A stretch of DNA of 35,435 nucleotides from the IMG/VR virus record IMGVR_UViG_3300005077_000061, positions 1-35,435 of that record. One strand, written 5' to 3'. Below, piece by piece: positions 9,601 to 17,354 of the stretch (its first letter is position 1; every line of letters begins with the position of its first letter). Origin of the DNA: a virus (Duplodnaviria > Caudoviricetes). Under the pieces are notes generated by a model. That model worked only from the letters and a program-made list of their open reading frames with translations, did no database searches and was not told the DNA's origin. The position numbers and the translations under genes are program-made.

Positions 9601-10446
9601 ATATTATTAATAAATGACAATGATGATATAGTACCTCTTACTCATGAAATAAGATTAATATTTAATTTTTCCAATCAAAATTGGAGGGTTGAGAAATATT
9701 CATTAGCATTCGATTACCCTGCTGTCACTGTCTATTCAAGAACAACTAATAAATACCATAGACAGCATTTTAATAAACAAGGTATAATCACAACAAGGTT
9801 ATATCCTCAATATGGCACAACGGAGAATAATCAATATGTAGATTTTGCTAAACCGGAATATAATTTATTTAAAGATTATTTTTGGGATGATAATGGAAAA
9901 TATTATCAAAGCAATGACATTTTGGGAACTATTATTACTCATGACATAGGTGATGGTATAAAAGATTATTTATTATATTCAGCATTAATAGAATGCACAC
10001 CAAGAGACTCAATGGAGATAATGTACAACAATGTTACATACACCTATGAAGGTTGGAATAATTACGTTTATAATATTAATAATGGTGATCCTAAATTGAT
10101 TTACGAACCGAGGGCAAGAACATACAGAAAACAAAATACAAATTTTGAAAACAACGAAACAAGCATGGATATGATAAGAAGAAATATGATAGCGAAAGGC
10201 GGTATTAATCCATTTAATAACAGAATGCAAACACCGTCAGAAGATGTTTATTCTTATTATATCAATGATTATACAAAATCTAATCCTACAATTGTCGATA
10301 AAATGACAGGCAGGGAATCATTAACAATTTTATCGCCGATACAAACAAAATTCAGAAGGAAAAGATTTAAATTCGTATCCGATGTAGTTGTAAAAATTCG
10401 TTCATTAATGTTTAATATGACTGAATATGGCAGAAGGAATATATAA
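6622..10446 (+). CDS. Large tail protein, probable nozzle/muzzle (P22 gp10/T7 gp12-like stabilisation protein)
   Basis: 1274 aa, TAATG-coupled at both ends. Segments FTALIEYREELIIFNRETYY and HGAFNQKCVCNTPHGICYANESGIWITTGG resemble the propeller blades of podovirus nozzle proteins. Follows the ring genes. Confidence 0.65.
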   Translation: MKKKVTEQVSFIQGIVENIKQDVFEQHGLQGCLYLENYDPNLELLSVVKRAGQIPLISNEDETVEVYNEIVTKKKDIIIPSLQVYTPDLKNFEYYNIYDKIFHSTRLKVSNPDYNDNIILFFRRLISDTRHDFSPYTFDDGYYNITGTGIVSYSQNYKNDTLKFNEPFYDNMPSPGWYPLGTFRDIARWGETLLFVTTLEYLNEQYHGQYKNNTTKYDYCNELYPLYKWYYWDISNKREDGNHKYWFGIDFIPDLNTSTDNPYRTWKVKYPSLKLFRNNNIVGQAYIHTVRDYYQNHSVTSLKPRRGLFTGTQANPSNIIPVAGEDLNQYINFVFYEQDIMQDPYFSENPDSKIYQSQSDMDTYAFAYHRCKMITTLELTNNEIYNKLIRGLTSTQHDGNMHTIPQQIIFRLKDGRIINGMGHQYEADWEDGVVEIYQSLIPLIFPNYVDEKLPRPWLYHDRIPYLLTMVIDGVEIILKRDTYVVGSQNNIIEPNSRYIGFPSLMAEYDAISPSFDGADKRYAKKVNLLNELSKDATDTTARMDFYLLPYQYRDNYNNCYYYYPDPWCILRYMLTITLEGRQLLIENNVQSIKLYVSTPNLEGKTLFKTIGTSLQEPNPGVYAFPTVTESMQIEENDIDNYALVKEYVFDGEGQTISDSFFDSYNGEPVKTNAWNMETGTHGMVIVSKGLVNDGTYTVKEQQWINPMFNCNRWLESSWYGASGHNFTKETYWNPDNILWDYPIVSKPLNLNSSGKYWEGMGAGLICVVKGRPFIGKTIDKDGNEEQALLRMAAIQNGVISSDLFNDEDFFKVGHLPFTALIEYREELIIFNRETYYRLQLPEIANPLTWEFVEVTHEHGAFNQKCVCNTPHGICYANESGIWITTGGLPESLTNNLAKNLSVNSIYKTLSTNKPYLFLDNNYIGIPRIDPFLKYNAYMELMYDSENNELVFIAPVNQSIDDSQFLYTENDIDWIEYCKNNNINYEETTDNKLKILLINDNDDIVPLTHEIRLIFNFSNQNWRVEKYSLAFDYPAVTVYSRTTNKYHRQHFNKQGIITTRLYPQYGTTENNQYVDFAKPEYNLFKDYFWDDNGKYYQSNDILGTIITHDIGDGIKDYLLYSALIECTPRDSMEIMYNNVTYTYEGWNNYVYNINNGDPKLIYEPRARTYRKQNTNFENNETSMDMIRRNMIAKGGINPFNNRMQTPSEDVYSYYINDYTKSNPTIVDKMTGRESLTILSPIQTKFRRKRFKFVSDVVVKIRSLMFNMTEYGRRNI

Positions 10447-11426
10447 TGGCAACGGGCAACAGCAAATCAAGTCATATAATAAACGACTATCAAACAAGAA
10501 AAGCTCTTGAGAGAAGGTATAAGCCTGTAGTATCAGACCCTGTCGTAATGGCCCCTAAAGGTGCTGATAGTACGAATAAAGTAATCAGCAGCGACCACAG
10601 TTTAAATATCACATTAAATAATCCACAGGATTTAACTGTATGGAATTTTGCAGAAAGTAAAGAAAGTTATTATTCAGATAGTACCGGGCTTCCAATTATG
10701 TATAATTATTCATCTTATGATGAAGGTTGGATACCATTAATATGTAGCGAACCACGTATAAACGATTACGAACCGCAAATAAGGCATTTTAGTAATAAAA
10801 GGTATACTTTTCCACCTTTAGAGCAATATAGGGATTATATGTACTTTATTGCACCGAGAGAAGGTGTTTACAGAGTAACGGTATCGTTGTTGTTGAAAAT
10901 AAAAAAAGAATTGACAGTAGAGAATAGGAACTGGCTATTAAAGGCCATATTAATTCTTGGTAAAGATGATTATAGTACCGTTTCAGATAGCAATTATATT
11001 TATAATCCTTATAAGAAATATTCAATATCAACATCTTCGTATTCTTCTGTTAATGGTGCAGAAAATATATTAGATTATTACTCTGCTAAAAATCTTGTAA
11101 ACAATATACCGTCACCTGCTACAACATTGTTAAATTCTGATTTAGCATTATCTGCATTAATGATGACTAACAATATAGTCCATTTGCAAGGGACTAAACT
11201 TGTATATTTAGAATTAGACCAAATCTTAACATCATGGTTTAAAATTAAAGGAGGTATATATGATGATGATGGTGTTTATTTAGAATGGGATAATACCGAT
11301 TTAATAACTAATATAATAGAATATTTTGATACGTTTCATATAAATTGGCAAGGTTACAATTATAAAGAAACCGGCTGGATAAGTACACATATACCTAATT
11401 ATAAAAATATTGTTAATAATTTTTAA
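10446..11426 (+). CDS. Virion protein with C1q/TNF-like domain
   Basis: FIAPREGVYRVTVSL and LQGTKLVYLELDQIL match the C1q-like patterns F.AP..G.Y.h.h and h.L...D.h. Confidence 0.55.
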   Translation: MATGNSKSSHIINDYQTRKALERRYKPVVSDPVVMAPKGADSTNKVISSDHSLNITLNNPQDLTVWNFAESKESYYSDSTGLPIMYNYSSYDEGWIPLICSEPRINDYEPQIRHFSNKRYTFPPLEQYRDYMYFIAPREGVYRVTVSLLLKIKKELTVENRNWLLKAILILGKDDYSTVSDSNYIYNPYKKYSISTSSYSSVNGAENILDYYSAKNLVNNIPSPATTLLNSDLALSALMMTNNIVHLQGTKLVYLELDQILTSWFKIKGGIYDDDGVYLEWDNTDLITNIIEYFDTFHINWQGYNYKETGWISTHIPNYKNIVNNF

Positions 11427-11434
11427 GGAATAAC

Positions 11435-12112
11435 ATGATACCTTCAATAATTGAACATTTATCATTACCGTTTAACAGATGTATTTATAAAATGAAAAAG
11501 CAATCTATGAGTTCTGACAATACATTAGCTATTTCCGCTATATCACAACATAGTGAACATGTTTTTAAAATAACATTTGATTCAGCAGTTAATTTATCTA
11601 GTTTCAAAGTTGATGATATAGTAATTTTAACAGGTTGCAGCAATAGCGAAAATAATAAAAAATTTGCAATATGCGGTAAAGATGATACACTTGATTACAT
11701 TTTAGTTGCTTCTAATTCTATGGTAGCAGAAACAGGCAGTTCAGGCGTATTAATTAATAAAAAGAATCTTGCAAACTACGATAATACATATCGTGAAATA
11801 CTTGATGCTAATAATAACGTTGTTGCTTATTCATACAATACAGCAGGTTCGTTTCTGTATATGTTAAATGAAGAAAAAGATTATTCCTGTATACAGATAG
11901 TAAATTTGAATGCAAGCAAGTCAATCAATTACGATATAAAAACATCATTAGATTGTATCCATTGGGATGATTTGCCTACTGCTGTTTCAGGCACACTGAC
12001 AGGGAATAATTCATTAACAATATGGCTTGACCAAATAAGTAAAAATGTTTATCTTAAATTAGACATTAGTTCAGTTACATCCGGTGCAGAATATTATTTA
12101 TTATTGAGTTAA
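11435..12112 (+). CDS. Putative tail-associated beta-rich protein
   Basis: AAGGA SD. FKVDDIVILTGCSNSENNKKFAI resembles the small beta-barrel (E1-FCCH-like) module seen in phage tail proteins. C-terminal jelly-roll-like segment KTSLDCIHWDDL. Confidence 0.5.
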   Translation: MIPSIIEHLSLPFNRCIYKMKKQSMSSDNTLAISAISQHSEHVFKITFDSAVNLSSFKVDDIVILTGCSNSENNKKFAICGKDDTLDYILVASNSMVAETGSSGVLINKKNLANYDNTYREILDANNNVVAYSYNTAGSFLYMLNEEKDYSCIQIVNLNASKSINYDIKTSLDCIHWDDLPTAVSGTLTGNNSLTIWLDQISKNVYLKLDISSVTSGAEYYLLLS

Positions 12113-12115
12113 AAT

Positions 12116-13342
12116 ATGGGAACTTCGATAGATACAAGGATAGGCGGTGGTGGTTCTGGAGATGCTACATCTATATGGGATAATGCTATAGCCGAACCTG
12201 AATCGGGTGATGATGAGGCTTATCTTTATTATGATCATGATACTAATACATTTGGTTACAAAGTACCATCAGGTGCTGCACATGACAGGCAGCATGCAAT
12301 AGATTCTACAAGTGACCATACGAGTACTATAACAGAAAACAATATCATCAGCGCTAATGCTAATGGTCTACCAGACGATTCCGGAATATTAAAAACTAAT
12401 GTATTTAATAAAAGTACTGATGACCTTGATGATATTAGCAATGGTACTACTTATGTTAAATCAGAAAATAATTTTACTGATACATTAAAATCAAAATTAG
12501 ACGGTATTGAATCTGGTGCTACTGCTGATTTGTCCGGTTCAGAAATAAAAACATTATATGAAAACGAATTAAACACTAATGCTTTTACTGATACTTTACT
12601 GTCAAAACTGAATGGTATTGAAGCGAACGCAACAGCGGACCAAACTGGTTCTGAAATTAAAACACTGTATGAAAACGAATTGAATACTAATGCTTTTACT
12701 GATACTTTGCTGTCAAAATTAAACGGAATAGAAGCGGGTGCTGACGTGACAGATTCAACTAATGTCAATACGGCTGGTGCAACTATGAATGCTGATAGTG
12801 ATATATCTGGATGTTCATGGTTTCTTGATGAAGATGATTTTTCAAGTAATTCAGCTACAAAAACAGCATCACAGCAATCAATATTAGCAAAATTAGTATC
12901 GTACGTAGCAGCAAATGCAATATCAAGTATATTAGCTGATACATCCCCACAATTAGGCGGTAATTTAGATATTAATGGCAAGGGGATTACAGATGAAGTT
13001 ACAGCAGGGGAATCAATAACAGCAAATAATTTATTATATTTTAAAGCAAGTGATGGTAAATTCTGGAAAACAGATGCAAGTGCAGAAGCAACAGCAAATA
13101 CACAATTGGCAATAGCCATTGACAGTGGTTCTGCTGATGATACTATAACTGTACTTATATATGGTAAGCATACAACAACAGGATTAACAGCAGGTACACA
13201 ATACGTCAGTGAAACGGCAGGTGCAATTACATCAACTAAGCCTACAACTTCAGGTGCAATACAGAGAATTATCGGCTATGCGCACAGCAGTACATCATTA
13301 TTCTTTTGTCCTTCCGGTTATTATCAAGAGGTGACAACATAA
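12116..13342 (+). CDS. Tail/head fibre protein with 37-aa shaft repeats
   Basis: KL[DN]GIE..ATAD..GSEIK repeats, DTSPQLGGNLDING fibre motif, and a C-terminal domain (AGESITANNLLYFKASDGK...GLTAGTQYVSETAGAITSTKP) common in phage fibres. Confidence 0.75.
   Translation: MGTSIDTRIGGGGSGDATSIWDNAIAEPESGDDEAYLYYDHDTNTFGYKVPSGAAHDRQHAIDSTSDHTSTITENNIISANANGLPDDSGILKTNVFNKSTDDLDDISNGTTYVKSENNFTDTLKSKLDGIESGATADLSGSEIKTLYENELNTNAFTDTLLSKLNGIEANATADQTGSEIKTLYENELNTNAFTDTLLSKLNGIEAGADVTDSTNVNTAGATMNADSDISGCSWFLDEDDFSSNSATKTASQQSILAKLVSYVAANAISSILADTSPQLGGNLDINGKGITDEVTAGESITANNLLYFKASDGKFWKTDASAEATANTQLAIAIDSGSADDTITVLIYGKHTTTGLTAGTQYVSETAGAITSTKPTTSGAIQRIIGYAHSSTSLFFCPSGYYQEVTT
12473..12746 (+). repeat. 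About 2.5 tandem copies of a 111-nt (37-aa) coding repeat
   Basis: TTTACTGATAC (FTDT) recurs at 12473, 12584 and 12695, exactly 111 nt apart. Copies 2 and 3 differ mainly at synonymous sites. Confidence 0.9.
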
Positions 13343-14556
13343 TGGACAAATACATCAAAGAAGGAACATTGTATGTAAATAAAACAGAAGAGTATCATAC
13401 CTACTTAGGCGGATATGGTAAGAAAAAATTCTATCCTGAATTCAGGCTTGAAAAATTAAACAATGAATTTAATTTTGATATATCATTCTTTGATAACACC
13501 AATATAATATCAGATGCCAATTATTATGTTGATAAAAATAATAAAATAATATTCAGTAACGGTGATACTTACACACGTTTATATCCTGTCAATAATAAAT
13601 TTGGCGAACAAAATGAATTTGAATATGAAATAGGGTTTAAAAATTTATTAGCCTTTACAGAATATTGTAAGCTTAAAAAAGGTTATTATGAAATTAAATT
13701 TAAAATAAAGAACAAAGGCCTTATATATATATGGCAGGGTGATGAAGATGATAAAGACTCTGCAAGGCCTGATAAAGTAGTTGGTTCATTTGCTGTTTAT
13801 TATGACGGCAAAAAACATAATAAATATAAATGCGGTAAGTTTGGCCATTTGTATACATTCTACATATTCGATGCTAATGGCAAAAAATACAAATGCGAAT
13901 TAAAACAAGATAGCATCAAGGGTAATACATTAACTATCTACATCAAACAGGACATAATAGAATCAGTATTATTCCCAATTATTATAGACCCTACATTTGG
14001 CTATACATCTGTTGGCGGAACGACACGTTCATTGAGGTCATTTGATTATACCGGAGGATTTACATTATCCGAAGCTGGTACATTAAGCAATGTGGTTATA
14101 TACATAAACAACCAAGGTACACAAAACCTTGATTTAAAGGCTGCTGTATGGTTGCAATCAGATGATACTTTAGTAGATAATAATATAAGTACAGGCATAG
14201 TTACACCGGGTGCAGACTGGCGTACGGTAACAATGAACTCGGTAGCATTATCAGCTACAAATTACTGGCTCGGAGGCTCAATTGATTTTAGTGCAAGCGG
14301 AGATACTTTAATTTATTATGATAGCTCAACAGGAGTTCCTTATGCTTATCAAACAAGAGCTTACAATGGCTTCCCCGAAGACCCTATGGTATATACTGAA
14401 TCAACTGGTAGGTATCTAAGTATGTATGCTAATTATACTACCGGTGGCAGCAGTTTAACGGTAAATAAATCAATAGGAACGGCATTAACAGGATTGAGTA
14501 AACATATAAATACATTACAATCTGAATTAAACAAATTTATAGGAACTGATATATAA
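13342..14556 (+). CDS. Two-domain putative receptor-binding/tail appendage protein
   Basis: True start is probably ATG 13342 (TAATG overlap, GAGG upstream) rather than 13306. Basic N-terminal domain ends in FPIIIDPT, followed by a T/S/G/aromatic-rich beta-sandwich. Confidence 0.55.
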   Translation: MDKYIKEGTLYVNKTEEYHTYLGGYGKKKFYPEFRLEKLNNEFNFDISFFDNTNIISDANYYVDKNNKIIFSNGDTYTRLYPVNNKFGEQNEFEYEIGFKNLLAFTEYCKLKKGYYEIKFKIKNKGLIYIWQGDEDDKDSARPDKVVGSFAVYYDGKKHNKYKCGKFGHLYTFYIFDANGKKYKCELKQDSIKGNTLTIYIKQDIIESVLFPIIIDPTFGYTSVGGTTRSLRSFDYTGGFTLSEAGTLSNVVIYINNQGTQNLDLKAAVWLQSDDTLVDNNISTGIVTPGADWRTVTMNSVALSATNYWLGGSIDFSASGDTLIYYDSSTGVPYAYQTRAYNGFPEDPMVYTESTGRYLSMYANYTTGGSSLTVNKSIGTALTGLSKHINTLQSELNKFIGTDI

Positions 14557-14936
14557 TGAATTTTAATGATGTAATTGATATAGTTGGTAATTTAATTTCG
14601 ATAGTTGCAGTAATGGTTGGTATAGTTCTTTATTTTAAAAAAATCAAAAACAAATTAGAAATATTTGGTAAAGATATATATAGTTTAAAAAAAACATGCG
14701 AAAAAAATGATATAAAAATGAAAGTACACGATAATAACACAAGCGATATAAGTTCCCTGCGTAACGAGTTGAAAGAATTAAACAATAATTTGGTTAGACT
14801 TACTACGACAAATGAAGAATCGTACAAAAAAATACTTGAGATGTTTCAATTAATCAATACATCTAATGAAGAACAGAATTTAAAATTAAGAGAGCATGAA
14901 ATTAAATTAAAAATGTTAATGAAAGAAAAGGAATAA
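14556..14936 (+). CDS. Single-TM coiled-coil membrane protein (holin/lysis accessory candidate)
   Basis: TM segment IVGNLISIVAVMVGIVLYF followed by KKIK and a heptad-rich coiled coil. TAATG-coupled start. Confidence 0.55.
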   Translation: MNFNDVIDIVGNLISIVAVMVGIVLYFKKIKNKLEIFGKDIYSLKKTCEKNDIKMKVHDNNTSDISSLRNELKELNNNLVRLTTTNEESYKKILEMFQLINTSNEEQNLKLREHEIKLKMLMKEKE

Positions 14937-14937
14937 T

Positions 14938-15600
14938 ATGGATTGGATGTCATTATTATCCGGCGGATTAGGAGCAGGTGTTAATTTGTTAACAAATGCA
15001 ATGGGTGGAACTAAATATGGCTATCACAAGGACCCATATGTACAAGATATGCAGTTAAGAAATGATGAAGTGTATAATGCAATATTGCAACAATCTCCTG
15101 AAGCACAAAGAAGAGCGCAGGCAATGTCATTGCAAAGAGGGAAAACTGATGCACAGGCAGGTGCATTAAATAGTGCATTGAGCCAAAATATAGCAACCGG
15201 CGGAGGGCAGGGAGATGCTAATACCGGAGCTGTAGCAGCAGGTGCAAGGTCGATGGCCAACAGTCTTGGTGCTTCAGCACAATATGACCAAGCATTAGGA
15301 CAAGGGCATCAGGTAGCATTAGAACAAGAACAACAAAAGCATCAGCAAATGCAAGCCAATGCAATGCAAGGTGCACAAATTGGAGATATGTTTATTCAAA
15401 ATACAGAAGAAACAGACCCAACTAATCCATTAGCGCAAATTACGGCAGGTGTTACTCAAGGTACCGGCTTGTTAAATCAATTAACAGGGGTTGGAAAAGA
15501 AACGATTGACAACAAAATGACAGAAGAAGAATTAATGAAATTATTAAATAAAAATTATATGCCAAGTTGGGCTACAAATGCTTGGAATCAAATATTTTAA
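14938..15600 (+). CDS. Putative small ejection/pilot (internal virion) protein
   Basis: AAGGA SD. Gly/Ala-rich hydrophobic N-terminus (LLSGGLGAGVNLL) and Q/A-rich helical body. First of three genes of increasing size, as in podovirus ejectosome operons. Confidence 0.6.
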   Translation: MDWMSLLSGGLGAGVNLLTNAMGGTKYGYHKDPYVQDMQLRNDEVYNAILQQSPEAQRRAQAMSLQRGKTDAQAGALNSALSQNIATGGGQGDANTGAVAAGARSMANSLGASAQYDQALGQGHQVALEQEQQKHQQMQANAMQGAQIGDMFIQNTEETDPTNPLAQITAGVTQGTGLLNQLTGVGKETIDNKMTEEELMKLLNKNYMPSWATNAWNQIF

Positions 15601-15611
15601 AGGATAAAATA

Positions 15612-17345
15612 ATGTCACAGATTAGCCATAGCAATAACCGTTCCGATCACATGCAACAGTTACAAATAACTGATGACCAGAGGAAACAACAAATAGCCGA
15701 TAATATTAAAAGAAGAGCCATACAACAGGCCATGGCTAATCAATTAAGAGAACAAATGGCATTCAATAAAAATCAATTTTTAGGTTCAGAAATAGATATT
15801 GACCAATATGGTGGTATTACGGGAAATGAAAGATTTAAAGAAGTATTAAGTTATATGAAAAATAATGCTGATTTATCAAGGCTTGGTACAGGTACAAACA
15901 CAGTGGCTAAAGAATATAGAGACAATGCACAAATGGCAAGTGATAAAGCATCTGAATTAAGACAAGAATACAATAGTGATCCAAATCTTAAAAACAGCAT
16001 CAATTATTCTGATTGGCTTAAACAAAGAGGGATGAATGCAGACTTATTAGGCGAAATAAATAAAAGATTAAATGAAAAGAAAGATAATATTCCTTCCAAT
16101 GTACCACCGGTTACAGAACCACCAGCTACTACACCACCCGTTACGGAACCGCCGGTTACTACACCGCCCGTTACGGAACCACCGGTTACTACACCACCTG
16201 TAACAGAACCTCCTGTTACAGAACCTCCTGTAAAACAGCTATCTGATACAGATGTAAACAATGATGGTGAACCTGATAAAGTTACTGATAACCAACAATC
16301 GGATAATGACAATCTACCCGGACAAGCTGCTCCAAGCGATAAAGAAAGGAAAAAACTGGAGAATGCAGGTTCAATGGGAGGGCAAGAAAAAGAAATACCT
16401 AAGAGAGCAAGTGAAAGCAAAAGTAAATCTAACAGCGAATCTGAATCATTGCAAAAGAATTTTGAAGTGGGAACAACTTATGACCAAGGTTCAGTAAATG
16501 TAAATGCTAAAAATGCTGTAAAATCAACAACGTTTAAAGACCCTGTTTTTAGAGATGAAATAAAAACATCGCTGTCTGATTTAGCTACATTAACAGGATT
16601 GGAGCAAGCAGGCAATATGATGGGTGAATCATACGGAGGCGGAAAGGTATACGCTTATAAAAACATGTATGATACGAGAGCAAAAAATCTTGACGATTAT
16701 AATAAAGCAATGTCAGAAGCAGGCCGAACTGAAATAATTGACCCCGGACAGGTATCGTATAATGTAGATGGTAAAAAGATAAGTACATCACAAAGAGAGG
16801 GCTATGCATCATCATCTTCGACATCGAATACATTCAGTTCATCTAGTAATTATGGAGATGGTAGTGCTAGAGGTAGTGGTAGTGGTAATAATGACAGAGA
16901 AGGTGATGAAATAATGTTAATGGGACTTGGCGGAGGTGAAGGAAATACAGGTACAAGATTGAAGAATGGCTACATACAATTAAAAACGAGCAATAAAACC
17001 ATTAATATGGATAGTTTCGTCGGTCCGGTTTCTATTAAAACTCATTCTGAGAAATTTGTAGAATTCAATAAAATTGAAGGAGTAAATGCAGTATGGAATA
17101 GTGCTGCTAAAAAAGGTGTAATAACATTTTATCACGAAGGTGATGAAAAAAGAGGCATACCTGCAGGTAAAAAGACATGTATAGTAACAATGACGCCTGA
17201 CGGTAAAAGTACATTATATAACAAAGATGGCATATTGCCTCCATTTATACATGGCCCGGTAGGTTATTCGTTCAAACATAAAACTGTCGGTGGCTATGGC
17301 AATGCTGACTCGTCTATACAAAATAATGATGCATTAACACAATAA
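15612..17345 (+). CDS. Putative ejection/cargo protein with Pro-rich repeat and low-complexity linkers
   Basis: AAGGA SD favours ATG 15612 over TTG 15567. Q-rich helical N-terminus, PPVT[ET] repeats, S/G-rich linker and small beta-rich C-terminal domain. Confidence 0.55.
   Translation: MSQISHSNNRSDHMQQLQITDDQRKQQIADNIKRRAIQQAMANQLREQMAFNKNQFLGSEIDIDQYGGITGNERFKEVLSYMKNNADLSRLGTGTNTVAKEYRDNAQMASDKASELRQEYNSDPNLKNSINYSDWLKQRGMNADLLGEINKRLNEKKDNIPSNVPPVTEPPATTPPVTEPPVTTPPVTEPPVTTPPVTEPPVTEPPVKQLSDTDVNNDGEPDKVTDNQQSDNDNLPGQAAPSDKERKKLENAGSMGGQEKEIPKRASESKSKSNSESESLQKNFEVGTTYDQGSVNVNAKNAVKSTTFKDPVFRDEIKTSLSDLATLTGLEQAGNMMGESYGGGKVYAYKNMYDTRAKNLDDYNKAMSEAGRTEIIDPGQVSYNVDGKKISTSQREGYASSSSTSNTFSSSSNYGDGSARGSGSGNNDREGDEIMLMGLGGGEGNTGTRLKNGYIQLKTSNKTINMDSFVGPVSIKTHSEKFVEFNKIEGVNAVWNSAAKKGVITFYHEGDEKRGIPAGKKTCIVTMTPDGKSTLYNKDGILPPFIHGPVGYSFKHKTVGGYGNADSSIQNNDALTQ
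16104..16232 (+). repeat. 15-nt coding tandem repeat, (PP[VA]T[ET]) x 8 plus PPV
   Basis: PPVTE PPATT PPVTE PPVTT PPVTE PPVTT PPVTE PPVTE PPV, 129 nt, locally C-rich. Confidence 0.95.
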
Positions 17346-17354
17346 GGGAATGAT

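Noticed and set aside
12451-13119. 222-aa minus-strand ORF with repeats
   Set aside because: Antisense shadow of the repetitive fibre gene. It mirrors the 111-nt repeat and has no independent motifs.
16004-16420. Minus-strand ORF with GGSVT/GGVVT repeats
   Set aside because: Reverse complement of the PPVT[ET] repeat, fully inside a well-supported plus-strand gene.
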